Translations under genes and position numbers: made by a program
Assembly (NCBI GenBank): GCA_030704615.1
Contig: CM060734.1
Span: 8,804,001 to 8,868,000 of the forward strand
Reading direction: 5' to 3'
DNA length: 64,000 nucleotides
Source of the DNA: Takakia lepidozioides
Lineage: Eukaryota > Plantae > Bryophyta
Notes under the pieces: model-generated
Told to the model about the DNA's origin: nothing
The model's database searches: none
Seen by the model: only the letters and a program-made list of their open reading frames with translations
Shown: piece after piece, positions 21,551-32,329 of the stretch
Layout: every line of letters starts with the position of its first letter
Position numbering within the stretch: the stretch's first letter is position 1

Positions 21551-24476
21551 ACAAAAATACAGCAGGATCTGGCACATGCGCGGAGGTTCTTCATGGAGTC
21601 AGAGGAGAAGAATCCAACCCTCCCGGAACTCGAATCGTATGTCAAAGATGCGGAGATGAGGGCCCGCATAAAGTACAAGTCGCGGATGGTAAAGTACGTG
21701 GCCATAGCTGATCCCGCCCTTGGTGCCGACTTTCTGGTGGAGGTGGGGAAGCACTACTCTCGCGCTCTGAAGCCCACGATGACATTGGAGAAGCTCCATC
21801 GTCTAGCCACATCCTGTGTGGATGCAACAGAAAAGGTGATACATTCTTAACCAAATTGTGGTGGCAACAACTCCTTTTTGTGGTGTTTGGCGCTTAGGAA
21901 TATGTTGGGTGGTTGGACAGACCCGGTGGCTCCAAATCTGGAATGGTTCCCAAAGTACCAGGGACATGTGGAGCTTCCCCAAACCGGACAAACTCTCTGA
22001 CCCCACATTCGACATGTGGATGAACCGCATGACATGGTGGTTTCAGGTACTTCCCCACGCTTCGTTTGGGGCTTCTACTCTAGTAGGGGGTGGATTCATT
22101 GTATTTTTCCAGGAAAGCGATCTGATGGAGAATCTCCACAGGTGATGACGAATGCGCAAGAGCAGCTGGACACACAAGCACATCAGTTCAAGATGGAGAT
22201 ATCTCCTGCAGCAGAGAGCCTACGTGACTATGTGACGAGGTACTTTCTGCTCTACAAAACCAACCTATTCTTTCGGGAGATAGCAGATGCTCGCCGGAGC
22301 CACGAGTTCACCGACCAGCCGAACGCGGACAAAGCAGCAATGCGCCTTCTGTACAGGTACATACGCGCTGCCTTTCTTTCAAGTCCTTGCATTTCAGGAT
22401 GTTAGAAGCCTCATGTGGTGTTAGGGAAAATGGCGCCGAATTTCCAGTGAGGGCTCCGAAAATGGCTAAGTCCCTAGGGTGGCTGGCCCCGAACTGGAAA
22501 TTCGGCGCCATTTTCCAGTTCTAGGCCCTATTGCCGTTCAGGGACTTAGCCATTTTCGGGCTAAGTCCCTAGGGTGGCTGGCCCCGAACTGGAAATTCGG
22601 CGCCATTTTCCAGTTCTAGGCCCTATTGCCGTTCAGGGACTTGGCCATTTTCGGGCTAAGTCCCTAGGGTGGCTGGCCCCGAACTGGAAATTCGGCGCCA
22701 TTTTCCAGTTCTAGGCCCTATTGCCGTTCAGGGACTTGGCCATTTTCGGGCTAAGTCCCTAGGGTGGCTGGCCCCGAACTGGAAATTCGGCGCCATTTTC
22801 CAGTTCTAGGCCCTATTGCCGTTCAGGGACTTGGCCATTTTCGGGCTAAGTCCCTAGGGTGGCTGGCCCTGAAGTGGAAATTCGGCGCCATTTTTCCAGT
22901 TCTAGGCCCTATTGCCGTTCTGGGACTTAGCCATCTTCGGGCCAAACCGGGAAAAATGGCGCCGAATTTCCAGTTCAGGGCTCCCAAGATGGCTAAGTCC
23001 CTAGGGTGGCAGTCACCGAAAACCGAAATTCGGCGCCATTTTTCCATTTCTAGGCCCACTCACATCCGCCCCAACCTGGGAAAATGGTGCCGAATATGCA
23101 TTTCAGGGACCTCATTGTGTTTTTCATGAATGCAGGTACTGCAAGTTCTCCCTTTTGGAGAAAGGTCATCTGTCTTTCGAGCCACCATTCTTCTTGGCAT
23201 GGAGGAACCCTGGGGCTGACTCCATGTACACTGACAATATTGTGAAGGAGTGGCATTTGGAACATTTGTGTGATTTCCCTTGGTATGTGGACCTTCCGCC
23301 CGGCTCGCTCGACCCATCCGAGTTTCAATTGAAGCTGGATGCTGAATTCCGACGAAACCGGGCTCCGCTGCCTCCGTTGGGTGCAAAAGAGGCAAAAGCG
23401 CTTGCGAACTCCAGGAAAGCGGCAGAGCTTGCTCAGGCAGGAATTCAGGAGAAATTGCATGAGAAGAGTAAAGGCCAAAGGAAAAGGACAAGGAAACAGG
23501 TGAGTGCAGTAACACCCAAAAAGAAGAAAACCATCGGGGCATCGGAGGAGGCGCAGGAGGGGACCCAAGAGAGTGACTCGGACAACGACTTTGTTCCAGG
23601 TCCTGCAACTGCTGTTGCTCCTACCCAGTCACCGGTCGTCCGGGTTCCCAAGTCAGTTCGGAGTGGGACTGGCTCTGCCAAGAAGTTGGCATTTGAGGGC
23701 GAGCCTACACGGCGGTATTCGGCGGTGACGTTTACGCACAGGCCAAAGCTAGAACCTCCAACCATCATCCAATGCGTCAATGAGAGCTTCCTTGACGCTC
23801 TCGTTGCCAGGGCGAAGAAGGTGGCACACAGCAAGTCTCTGGCGGAGCAGAAGGGGAAAGCCAAGAAGAGGGCTGCCGGTACAGAGCCTAAAGACACCCC
23901 TGGTTTTGAAGCCATGATGGAATTCTTCACGGCTGTGAGCACGAATTGCAAGAGCACTCGGGGGGGGGGGGGGGGGGGGGTTGAGGTGGATAGAGCTTGC
24001 GACATGATTCTCCTCGACATTCCAGATGGGGAGCTGCTGGAGGGCCTGGATGGTGTGCCCACCTGGAACAGGTTTACTGAGGACTACTGGAAAGCCGGGT
24101 TTGGGCAGGCGGGGATGCTTCTGGATGACGGTGGATGTGTGGTTGTCCTTGCCACGAGAGGGAAGACCACAGAGAATGCGGTGGCAAGGTGGACACCGAA
24201 AAGTGTCACCCCGGTCCTCCTCAGAAAATGGTTCTGCATCAGTACACAGGGGTTGCGAACAGAGGGCCAAAGTGTAAGTTATCAATCTATTGCATTCACT
24301 TCATATTGTGGTGTATGTTAAGTAGACCCTGGAGTTGATCCCTTCTTTGTTGGATGTGCAGACATTGGTGTTTGAGGCATATTGCTTTGTGAAGAGAGGG
24401 TCTACGTTCAAATTCCACAATGACGGTCGTCTTGTTGATGCCGCTGTGGACCCTGTAACCTACGATGTCCTCTACC
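21551..24476 (+). CDS. Accessory gene, C-type 3' half: helical region plus amino-methyltransferase-like domain; truncated at both ends
   Basis: Open exons 21551-21835, 21921-22046, 22142-22356, 23136-24273 and 24362-24476 with GT-AG sites; homologous to the copy A exons; DMILLDIPDG at 24001-24030. Confidence 0.75.
22430..23100. repeat. Intronic 95-bp tandem repeat (about 5 near-perfect copies plus degenerate flanks) carrying AACTGGAAATTCGGCGCCATTTTCCAGTT
   Basis: CTAAGTCCCT recurs at 22466, 22561, 22656, 22751 and 22846. Confidence 0.95.
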
Positions 24477-26430
24477 CATTGCAGCTTTGAGAAGACTGCG
24501 ATCTTTGGGCCCCGCAACCTTCAGCACAACACAATCCACGGCGAAATGCCAATCGAGGTCGTTGGGGTGGGCTTGGGCAATGTGCTCCATCCATGCCAGG
24601 AGGCGATGATTGCCGTCCCACACGTAGAACATCTTACCGGACAAGTGCTGGAAAAGAGGATCACTAGCAATCGATCTCTCGAACTCCTCATTTCGCGTTT
24701 GCCAATGGGGACCCCATTTGTCCACCTCATCGGAAGTGTGGGCACGGGAAGCTCCGTGGTCGTTCTCAATGGAAACGTAAAACGCGGCAGACCCCATTCG
24801 ATATCCATCCCGGAAAGAGAATTTCAGCTTGTCGATATCGCCTGGGAGGGCAGGTCTCACCACCTGCAATGACACCAAGCGGCAAAGGGGAATTCGAAGC
24901 TTGGCCGGGTACACCATGCCCCCAGCACCCTGCCAATGTTGCTGTGGGTTGCCTCCAACATCTTGGCAGCGGCCAACTTCATATCCGCCTCGGACATGAC
25001 GTCTGCTGTAGAGGGGTTTTCCGGCAGCCCACCAGGACCGCCAAATCCAGCCTGTATGCTCCGGGTTTGGGGCCTGGGGATGTCCGGGAGGATGTCATCC
25101 TGGTCAGAAAGCTCCCTGTTGTCCTCCTCAACAGGGTCAGCCACCTGCGAAACCACCTCCAGCACTCTCCCCGTCTCTACTGCCCTCTCCCTGGCTTCAC
25201 CTCGAACTTGCACAATCCGTGCTCTTTCTGGTGTTCTTTCCTCTCCTCCACTCTCCACCGTATGGGTAATTGCAGGGGCTGCTCTTGCCCGCGATGGTCT
25301 AACCGGTGTGTTACTGCCTCTCTGTGGTGTCTTGGAGGGATCCACCGTCTCTGTGCGTCCCTCGCTTACATTGGCATCTGTCATTTGGGCACCCCTGGCC
25401 TCTTCAGTGGCCTTTTCTCTTTCCTCCTGGCTAGCATTTTGTCTCGTCTGCCCTCTCTTTTGCCCTCTCACGGGCTTTCTGTTTCTTACTAGGGCTAGCA
25501 ACAGGGGAGCCCTCCAGGACGACCACCTTTGATTGAGGCAAACTGACACCCTCGCGCGCACTGCTCACTCCCCCTCCGCAGCCCGTGACGGCTCTCTCGC
25601 CGGGGATTGCATGTGCTTAGCTTTCTTCTTTTTCTTTGCGTGGGCGGGCCCTACTGCATGTGCATGAACAACCTCCATTGCCGGATCTGCTGTCCTCATG
25701 TCCTCACGCCCTTCACCTGCCATGCCGCCTGCACCAACCTCCCCAATGCCTATTCTGTCGTACTCTCGTTGCAAGTCCTCCCGTCCACCAACAAAAGGTT
25801 TAAGTTTGCCCTCTCGCCCCAAGTTGGGCGATTCAAACATGCGATGAGTTGGAGCTGTCGATGATACCACCAGCGTGCCGGGCTCGTCGTCACTCTGTCA
25901 TTCCCAAAAATTGTGAAAACCAACATCGGTCCCTAAACCAGCATCGCAACGAGCAGCGCAACCACCATAGCAACAATCGTGTAACAAAAATGAAAACATA
26001 ACAAGTTTAGGAAGTATGGAGAGCCATGCAACAACAATGAAAACAAATGCAACCATTGCCTGAGAATGACATGCACAAGCAGCCTTCTCCAGAGCTGCCG
26101 GATTTGCACACGCATTGCAAACAATCTAAGGTTCACTCAACTATCTAAAATTCACTCATCCAGCGAAGCCAGGATGAAGATGCAAAACAAAGCGAGGCAA
26201 CAAAGCGAAAGCAAAAAAGAAATCGAACAAAGCGAAAGCAGAAGTGGCTTGCCTGAAAGTACTCGGCTTCAGTTGGCGCGGGTTGTGAGCAAGACACTGG
26301 AATCTCCTGCTGGAGCTTCAGTTTGGCCATGCGAGAGATTGGCCGTCGTCCGTAGTACAGAGCTTTCAACTTCCGCCGCGGTCTGGATGTGAGGTCTCTC
26401 TCAGGAGAGCCACGCCCTTCAGGCGGCATC
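24477..26430 (-). pseudogene. Accessory gene copy C 5' half (ParB/Srx-like exon, low-complexity N-terminus, upstream basic mini-ORF)
   Basis: LRIPLCRLVSLQVVRPALPGDIDKLKFSFRDGYRMGSAAFYVSIE...FYVWDGNHRLLAW...VDCVVL..LLKAAM; broken at 24477. Confidence 0.85.
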
Positions 26431-26619
26431 AGTCCCAGCCAAAATGGAAAAAGATCTCCGTTTTTGGGGTACATGCCTCGAATAGCATGTTAAGCCAAGA
26501 TTAGCATCAGATTTAGGGTACGTATCCAGGAAGCCATGTGTCGCCAGCCCGAATGAAAACGGATGGCGGTGGACATTTATTGCCCAACTGCGCAATTAAA
26601 TGTCGGATGAAGCCCTCCA

Positions 26620-27585
26620 TGTCGGATGAAAATCGACGGAACTCGGCCCGGAATTTCCAACGTAGAGGTAATTCGGAGCGCTGCAAGATGGAAATCCGGC
26701 GCCGGATTTCCATCCTGCAGGATGGAAATTCAGCGCCGAATTTCCATCCTGCAAAGTAGGGCGGCCCGCAAAATTTCCCTCACGCAGGTAATTCGGAAGC
26801 GGATGGATGGAAATCCGGCGCCGGATTTCCATCCGCGAAGGTAGGGCGACGCACCAAATTTCCCTCACGCAGGTAATTCAGAAGCGGATGGATGGAAATC
26901 CGGCGCCGGATTTCCATCCGCGCAGGTAGGGCGGCGCGCCAAATTTCCCTGACACAGGTAATTCCGAAGCGGATGGATGGAAATTCGGCGCCGGATTTCC
27001 ATCCAGCAGGTAAGTGGAATCCCGGATGGATGGAAATCCGGCGCCGAATTTCCATCCAGCAGGTAAGTGGAATCCCGGATGGATGGAAATCCGGCGCCGA
27101 ATTTCCATCCTGCAGGTAATTCGACTCCCGGATGGATGGAAATCCGGCACCGAATTTCCATCCTGCAGGTAATTCGACTCCCGGATGGATGGAAATCCGG
27201 CACCGAATTTCCATCCAGCAGGTAAGTGGAATCGCTGGCGTATGGATATTCGGCGCCGAATTTCCATTTGCCAGGAATTTCGAAGCGCTGAATTACCTTC
27301 CTGCAGGTAATTCTGAGCGCTGAATTACCTGCAGGAAGGTAATTCAGCGCTTCGAAATTCCTGGCGAAAGGAAATTCGGCGCCGAATATCCATACGCCAG
27401 CGATCCAACTTACCTGCTGGATGGAAATTCGGCGCCGGATTTCCATCCAGCAGGTAAGTGGAACCCCGGATGGATGGAAATTCGGCGCCGGATTTCCATC
27501 CAGCAGGTAAGTGGAACCCCGGATGGATGGAAATCCGGCGCCGAATTTCCATCCAGCAGGTAAGTGGAATCCGAATTTCCATTCA
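26620..27585. repeat. Palindrome array type C (GGATGGAAAT(T/C)CGGCGCCG(A/G)ATTTCCATCC), 85- and 53-bp units, with an internal ~260-bp inverted repeat
   Basis: GGAAAT at 26809, 26894, 26979, 27032, 27085, 27138, 27191 and 27244 (last one GGATAT). Confidence 0.95.
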
Positions 27586-27870
27586 GGGGTAGTAATGTGA
27601 CGGCACAGTGTCGGCTTATCCCCTTCAGCCGTCATCATCCGGACGGCCCCCCACTTTCTGACCAATTGCGCAAAGACCAGGGACCGCATTCCGGAGACAA
27701 GGTTCATTAACACTCTGACTGTGGATTTTTGAGATAGTTGGCTCCCTGGATTTGGATCAGGCTTCGTCGCTCGGACAAATCGGCACCGCATTCCTTCCCA
27801 TCGCTGCATCCCCCTTCTACCAGGGAGCTTCCCCGCACGCCATCTTGGCAGTCTTGTGTGCACATCTCCC

Positions 27871-29391
27871 ATGGCGGAAAACCCGAGCGCTACAGTGTAC
27901 TGCCCTCCTCACGAGCATAGAGCTTCATTTCCGTGCAGAGGGGACATCTGCCGGGTGATGGAGAAATATTTGTGCATTCGATACCACCTGAAACCGGGGT
28001 CGGTTTTTTTGGAGGAGGAAAGGAAGGACTCAAACGGCCTTGTTGTCGAGAGTATTTTTGTGCTCCACGATGATTTCGGCGATGGCAGGGAATGGCGAGT
28101 TAAATGTCCACGTGTGGACCTAGCAGCGGCGTCGAACTGGTCGACAGGATGACGAGTGGGGACTTGTCAAACAGTTGGGTCATGTTCGACCATATCAAGC
28201 GAATTACAAATCACTAGTGGGTGACAATGGGTGCACATGTCTACGACACCCACTGCAGGATGCTAATGACAATTGCTATTTGTGAGATGAAAGGAGAGGA
28301 CACACAATCGGAGATGCTTCTTTGGCAGGGAATAAACGAACAGATGGCCAAGGCGGGATTGCCCCCTCCCAATTTCCGTGGTTTCATGGCGGACAACGCA
28401 CAAGCAAATTGGGCTGCCATCCGAAGGGTGTACGGGCAAGACCCCAATGTTCCCATGGAAGGCAAGGAGAGATCTTATGGGTTCCATTTTCTGCAGAGCC
28501 TTTCGCAGTACACAACCAGGCTCGTGGCGGCAGATTTCAGAGAGGAGCACCGTTCCATGTGCCTTGCGTGGAAGCGCGCTCCCACCTTGGATGATGCAGA
28601 GACACAGTTTGCATGTATACGAGCTTGGTGGACATCGTCAGGTGCTGTAAGGAAATCAGACGAGGGAGCAATGGTCAGTTGGCTAGCATGGTGGCATTAT
28701 CATTTCCTCCAAGTCGGCGACTATATGCGGGAGGTGAGTTGCACGAATTCGCGTCCCGTTGAATATTATTCTTGGCCATATTTGTAACTTGCTTGTAACC
28801 TCAACATGTGCTTGTGCAGGAAATGTGTCTCGACTCCGACACCGACATGCCCACGACAAACATGGCCGAATCAGTGCACTCTTCCTGGCGTGCCTCCTCT
28901 GCGGCGCATCTGGTGGACATCCTCACTGCCACAACGGAGGACATTGTGAGGTCAATTATGCAGCAATGCAGGTACAACGAGTTCTTGAAAGGGAAACAAT
29001 GGGGCTTGGGGCCGAACAGGCAGGAAATGCTGATGCGGACTGCCTCCAGATCGAAGAATCCTCGGAAGTGGGCGGCGGCCTTGCGAGAGGGCCTTCGGGA
29101 CACGCCATTGCTGCGAAGAGGCCAACATTTGGAAGGAGATATTCATACCCGTCCAGTGAGACGAAGACTTGACGAGGCACCTGGCGGAGAAGAGGATTCA
29201 TGGCGAGCTGACAAGAATATTCGCACGCTCCCTCGTGGTCCGGTGATCTTGCCCGAGGAGGTCTCGTCGAACACCGCAAGTCCTGCACGTTCAAGATCGT
29301 CATCTCCTTTGAGCACAGGGCGCGTGCCCCGGCAACATAACGAGTCATCTATAGTAAAGCAGTACAACATTCCCATTGTGGAGACAAGAGT
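27871..29391 (+). pseudogene. MULE transposase copy C (internal ~1.2-kb deletion near 28099, intron 28734-28819, cut by the gap)
   Basis: MFDHIKR, GFMADNAQANWAAIRRVYG, GFHFLQ, PTTNMAESVH; comparison with copy D shows the deletion. Confidence 0.88.
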
Positions 29392-29891
29392 NNNNNNNNN
29401 NNNNNNNNNNNNNNNNNNNNNNNNNNNNNNNNNNNNNNNNNNNNNNNNNNNNNNNNNNNNNNNNNNNNNNNNNNNNNNNNNNNNNNNNNNNNNNNNNNNN
29501 NNNNNNNNNNNNNNNNNNNNNNNNNNNNNNNNNNNNNNNNNNNNNNNNNNNNNNNNNNNNNNNNNNNNNNNNNNNNNNNNNNNNNNNNNNNNNNNNNNNN
29601 NNNNNNNNNNNNNNNNNNNNNNNNNNNNNNNNNNNNNNNNNNNNNNNNNNNNNNNNNNNNNNNNNNNNNNNNNNNNNNNNNNNNNNNNNNNNNNNNNNNN
29701 NNNNNNNNNNNNNNNNNNNNNNNNNNNNNNNNNNNNNNNNNNNNNNNNNNNNNNNNNNNNNNNNNNNNNNNNNNNNNNNNNNNNNNNNNNNNNNNNNNNN
29801 NNNNNNNNNNNNNNNNNNNNNNNNNNNNNNNNNNNNNNNNNNNNNNNNNNNNNNNNNNNNNNNNNNNNNNNNNNNNNNNNNNNNNNNNNNN
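29392..29891. other. Assembly gap (500 N)
   Basis: Run of N. Confidence 1.
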
Positions 29892-30739
29892 TTGCAAGTC
29901 TTCCGTCCACCAACAAAAGGTTTAAGTGTGCCCTCTCGCCCCAAGTTGGGCGATTCAAACATGCGATGAGTTGGAGCTGTCGAGGATCCACCAGCGTGAA
30001 GGGGCTCGTCGTCACTTTGTCATTGACAAAAATAGTGAAAACCAACATCGGTGCAAAAGCAGCATCGCAACGAGCAGCGCAACCACCATAGCAACAATCA
30101 TGTAGCAAAAATGAACACATAACCAGTTTAGGAAGTATGGAGAGCCATGCAACAAAAATGAAACAAAAATGCAAAACCATGCCTAAGAATGACATGCACA
30201 AGCAGCCTTCTCCAGAGCTGCCGGATTTGCACACGCATGCAAACAATATAAGGTTCACTCAACTATCTTAAAGTTCACTCATACAGCAAAGCCAGGGATG
30301 AAGATTGCAAAAACAAAGCGATGGTAACAAAGCGAAAGCAAAAAAATAAATCGAACAAACCGAAAGCGAGAAGTGGCTTGCTGTGAGAGTACTCGGGTTC
30401 AGTTGGTGCAGGTTGTGAGCAAGACACTGAAATCTCCTGTGGAGCTTCGTTTGGCCATGCGAGAGATGGCCGTCGTCCGTAGTACAGAGCTTTCAACTTC
30501 CGCCGCGGTCTGATGTGAGGTCTCTCTCCGGAGAGCCACGCCCTTCAGGCGGCATAAGTCCAGCCAAAAAGATCTCCTTTTTTGGGGTACATGCCTGGAA
30601 TACCATGTTAAGCCAAGTTTAGCATGAGATTTAGGGTACGTGTCCAGGAAGCCATGCGTCGCCAGCCCGAATAATAACCGACGGCCGTCGACATTATTGC
30701 CAACTGCGCATTAAATGTCGGATGAAGCCCTCCATGTCG

Positions 30740-32030
30740 GATGAAAATCGACGTAACCAGTCCCGGAATTTCCAACGTAGAGGTAATTCGGAGCGGTGCA
30801 CGATGGAATCCGGCGACGGATTTCCATCCTGCAGGTAATTCGGAGCGCAGCAGGATGGATATCCGGCGCCGAATTTCCATCCGCGGAGGAAGGGCGGCGG
30901 TGGAAATTTCCCTCACGCAGGTAATTCGGAAGCCTGGGAATTACCTGCATGAAGGTAATTTTTATATGGGAATTACCTGCACGAAGGTAATTCCTCGCGC
31001 AGAAATACCTGGCGAATGGAAATTCGGAATTACCTGCAGGATGGAAATTCGGCGCCGAATCTCCATCCATTCGGGATTCCACTTACCTGTGGATGGAAAT
31101 TCGGCGCCGAATTTCCATTACATCCGGGATTCGAACTTACCTGCAGGATTGAAATTCGGCGCAGAATCTCCATCCAGCGGGATTCCACTTACCTGTTGGA
31201 TGGAAATTCGGCGCCGAATTTCCATTCATCCGGTATTCGAATTACCTGCTGGATGGAAATTCGGCGCCGAATTTCCATTCATCCGGTATTCGAATTACCT
31301 GCTGGATGGAAATTCGGCGCCGAATCTCCATCCATCCGGGATTCCACTTACCTGCTTGATGGAAATTCGGCGCCGAATTTCATCGGGGGATGGTCTCTGT
31401 CGGAGAGGTGCTGCCTCTCCGCCGCTTTGTTGGATATTCGGTGCCGAATTTCGTCCCGGGGGGTTGAAATATGACGGCCAGGTGCCGACCTCTCCCTTCT
31501 CCCCGATGCATTGGAACGGCCCGAATTGAAATTCGGCGCCGTTTTCCCATCTGTGGAGGTTTTTATGTCGGCCAGTTTTCGGTCTGACCCCCCGACAAGA
31601 CTTCCTTTGGGGGGGGCCCGGATGGAAATTCGGCGCCGAATCTCCGTCCAGGGGATGTTCTCTGTCGCAACTCGCCGGCCTCTGCCCGCCCGAGGCGACT
31701 TCATCCGGAAGTCCCCTGTTCGATATTCGGTGCCGAATTTCCGTCCGGGGGTTGAAATGTGACGGCCAAGTGCAGGCCACTCCCCCTCCCCGACTGCATC
31801 CGAACCGCCCCGGATGGAAATTCGGCGCCGTTTTTCCATCTGGGGATGGTTTTATGCCGTCCAGTTTTCGGCCTGAACCCCCGACACGACTCCCTTTGGG
31901 GGGCAGGATGGAAATTCGGCGCCGAATCTCCATCCAGGGGATGTTCTCTGTCGCACACTCCGGCCTGCGCGCCCGAGGCGACTTCATCCGGGCTTCCTCT
32001 GTTGGATATTGGGTGCCGAATTTCCATTCG
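30740..32030. repeat. Palindrome array of copy D (53-bp units, then ~95-bp units)
   Basis: GGAAAT at 31202, 31255, 31308, 31361; core hexamers at 31440, 31535, 31632, 31729, 31824, 31918, 32012. Confidence 0.9.
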
Positions 32031-32329
32031 GGGGTAGGTAGTAATGTGACGGCACGGTGCCGGCTTCTCCCCTTCAGCCGTCATCATCCGGACGGCCCCC
32101 CCACTTTCTGACTGCATACCGTTGGCAGTTATTGCGCAAAGAAAGGGGCCGCATTCCGGAGACAGGTTCATCAACACTCTGACTGTGGATTTTTGAGATA
32201 GTTGGCTCCCTGGATTTGGATCAGGCTTCGTCGCTCGGACAAATCGCATCGCATTCATTCCCATCGCTGCACCCCTTCTACCAGGGAGCTTCCCCGCACG
32301 CCATCCTGGCAGTTTGTGTGCACATCTCC

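Noticed and set aside
17030-24917. Bacterial contamination or a prophage as the source of the ParB/MTase sequence
   Set aside because: The gene has conserved GT-AG introns and is interleaved with plant retrotransposons near a ZF-HD gene.
29143-30258. Long ORFs spanning X runs
   Set aside because: Artefacts of the N gap.
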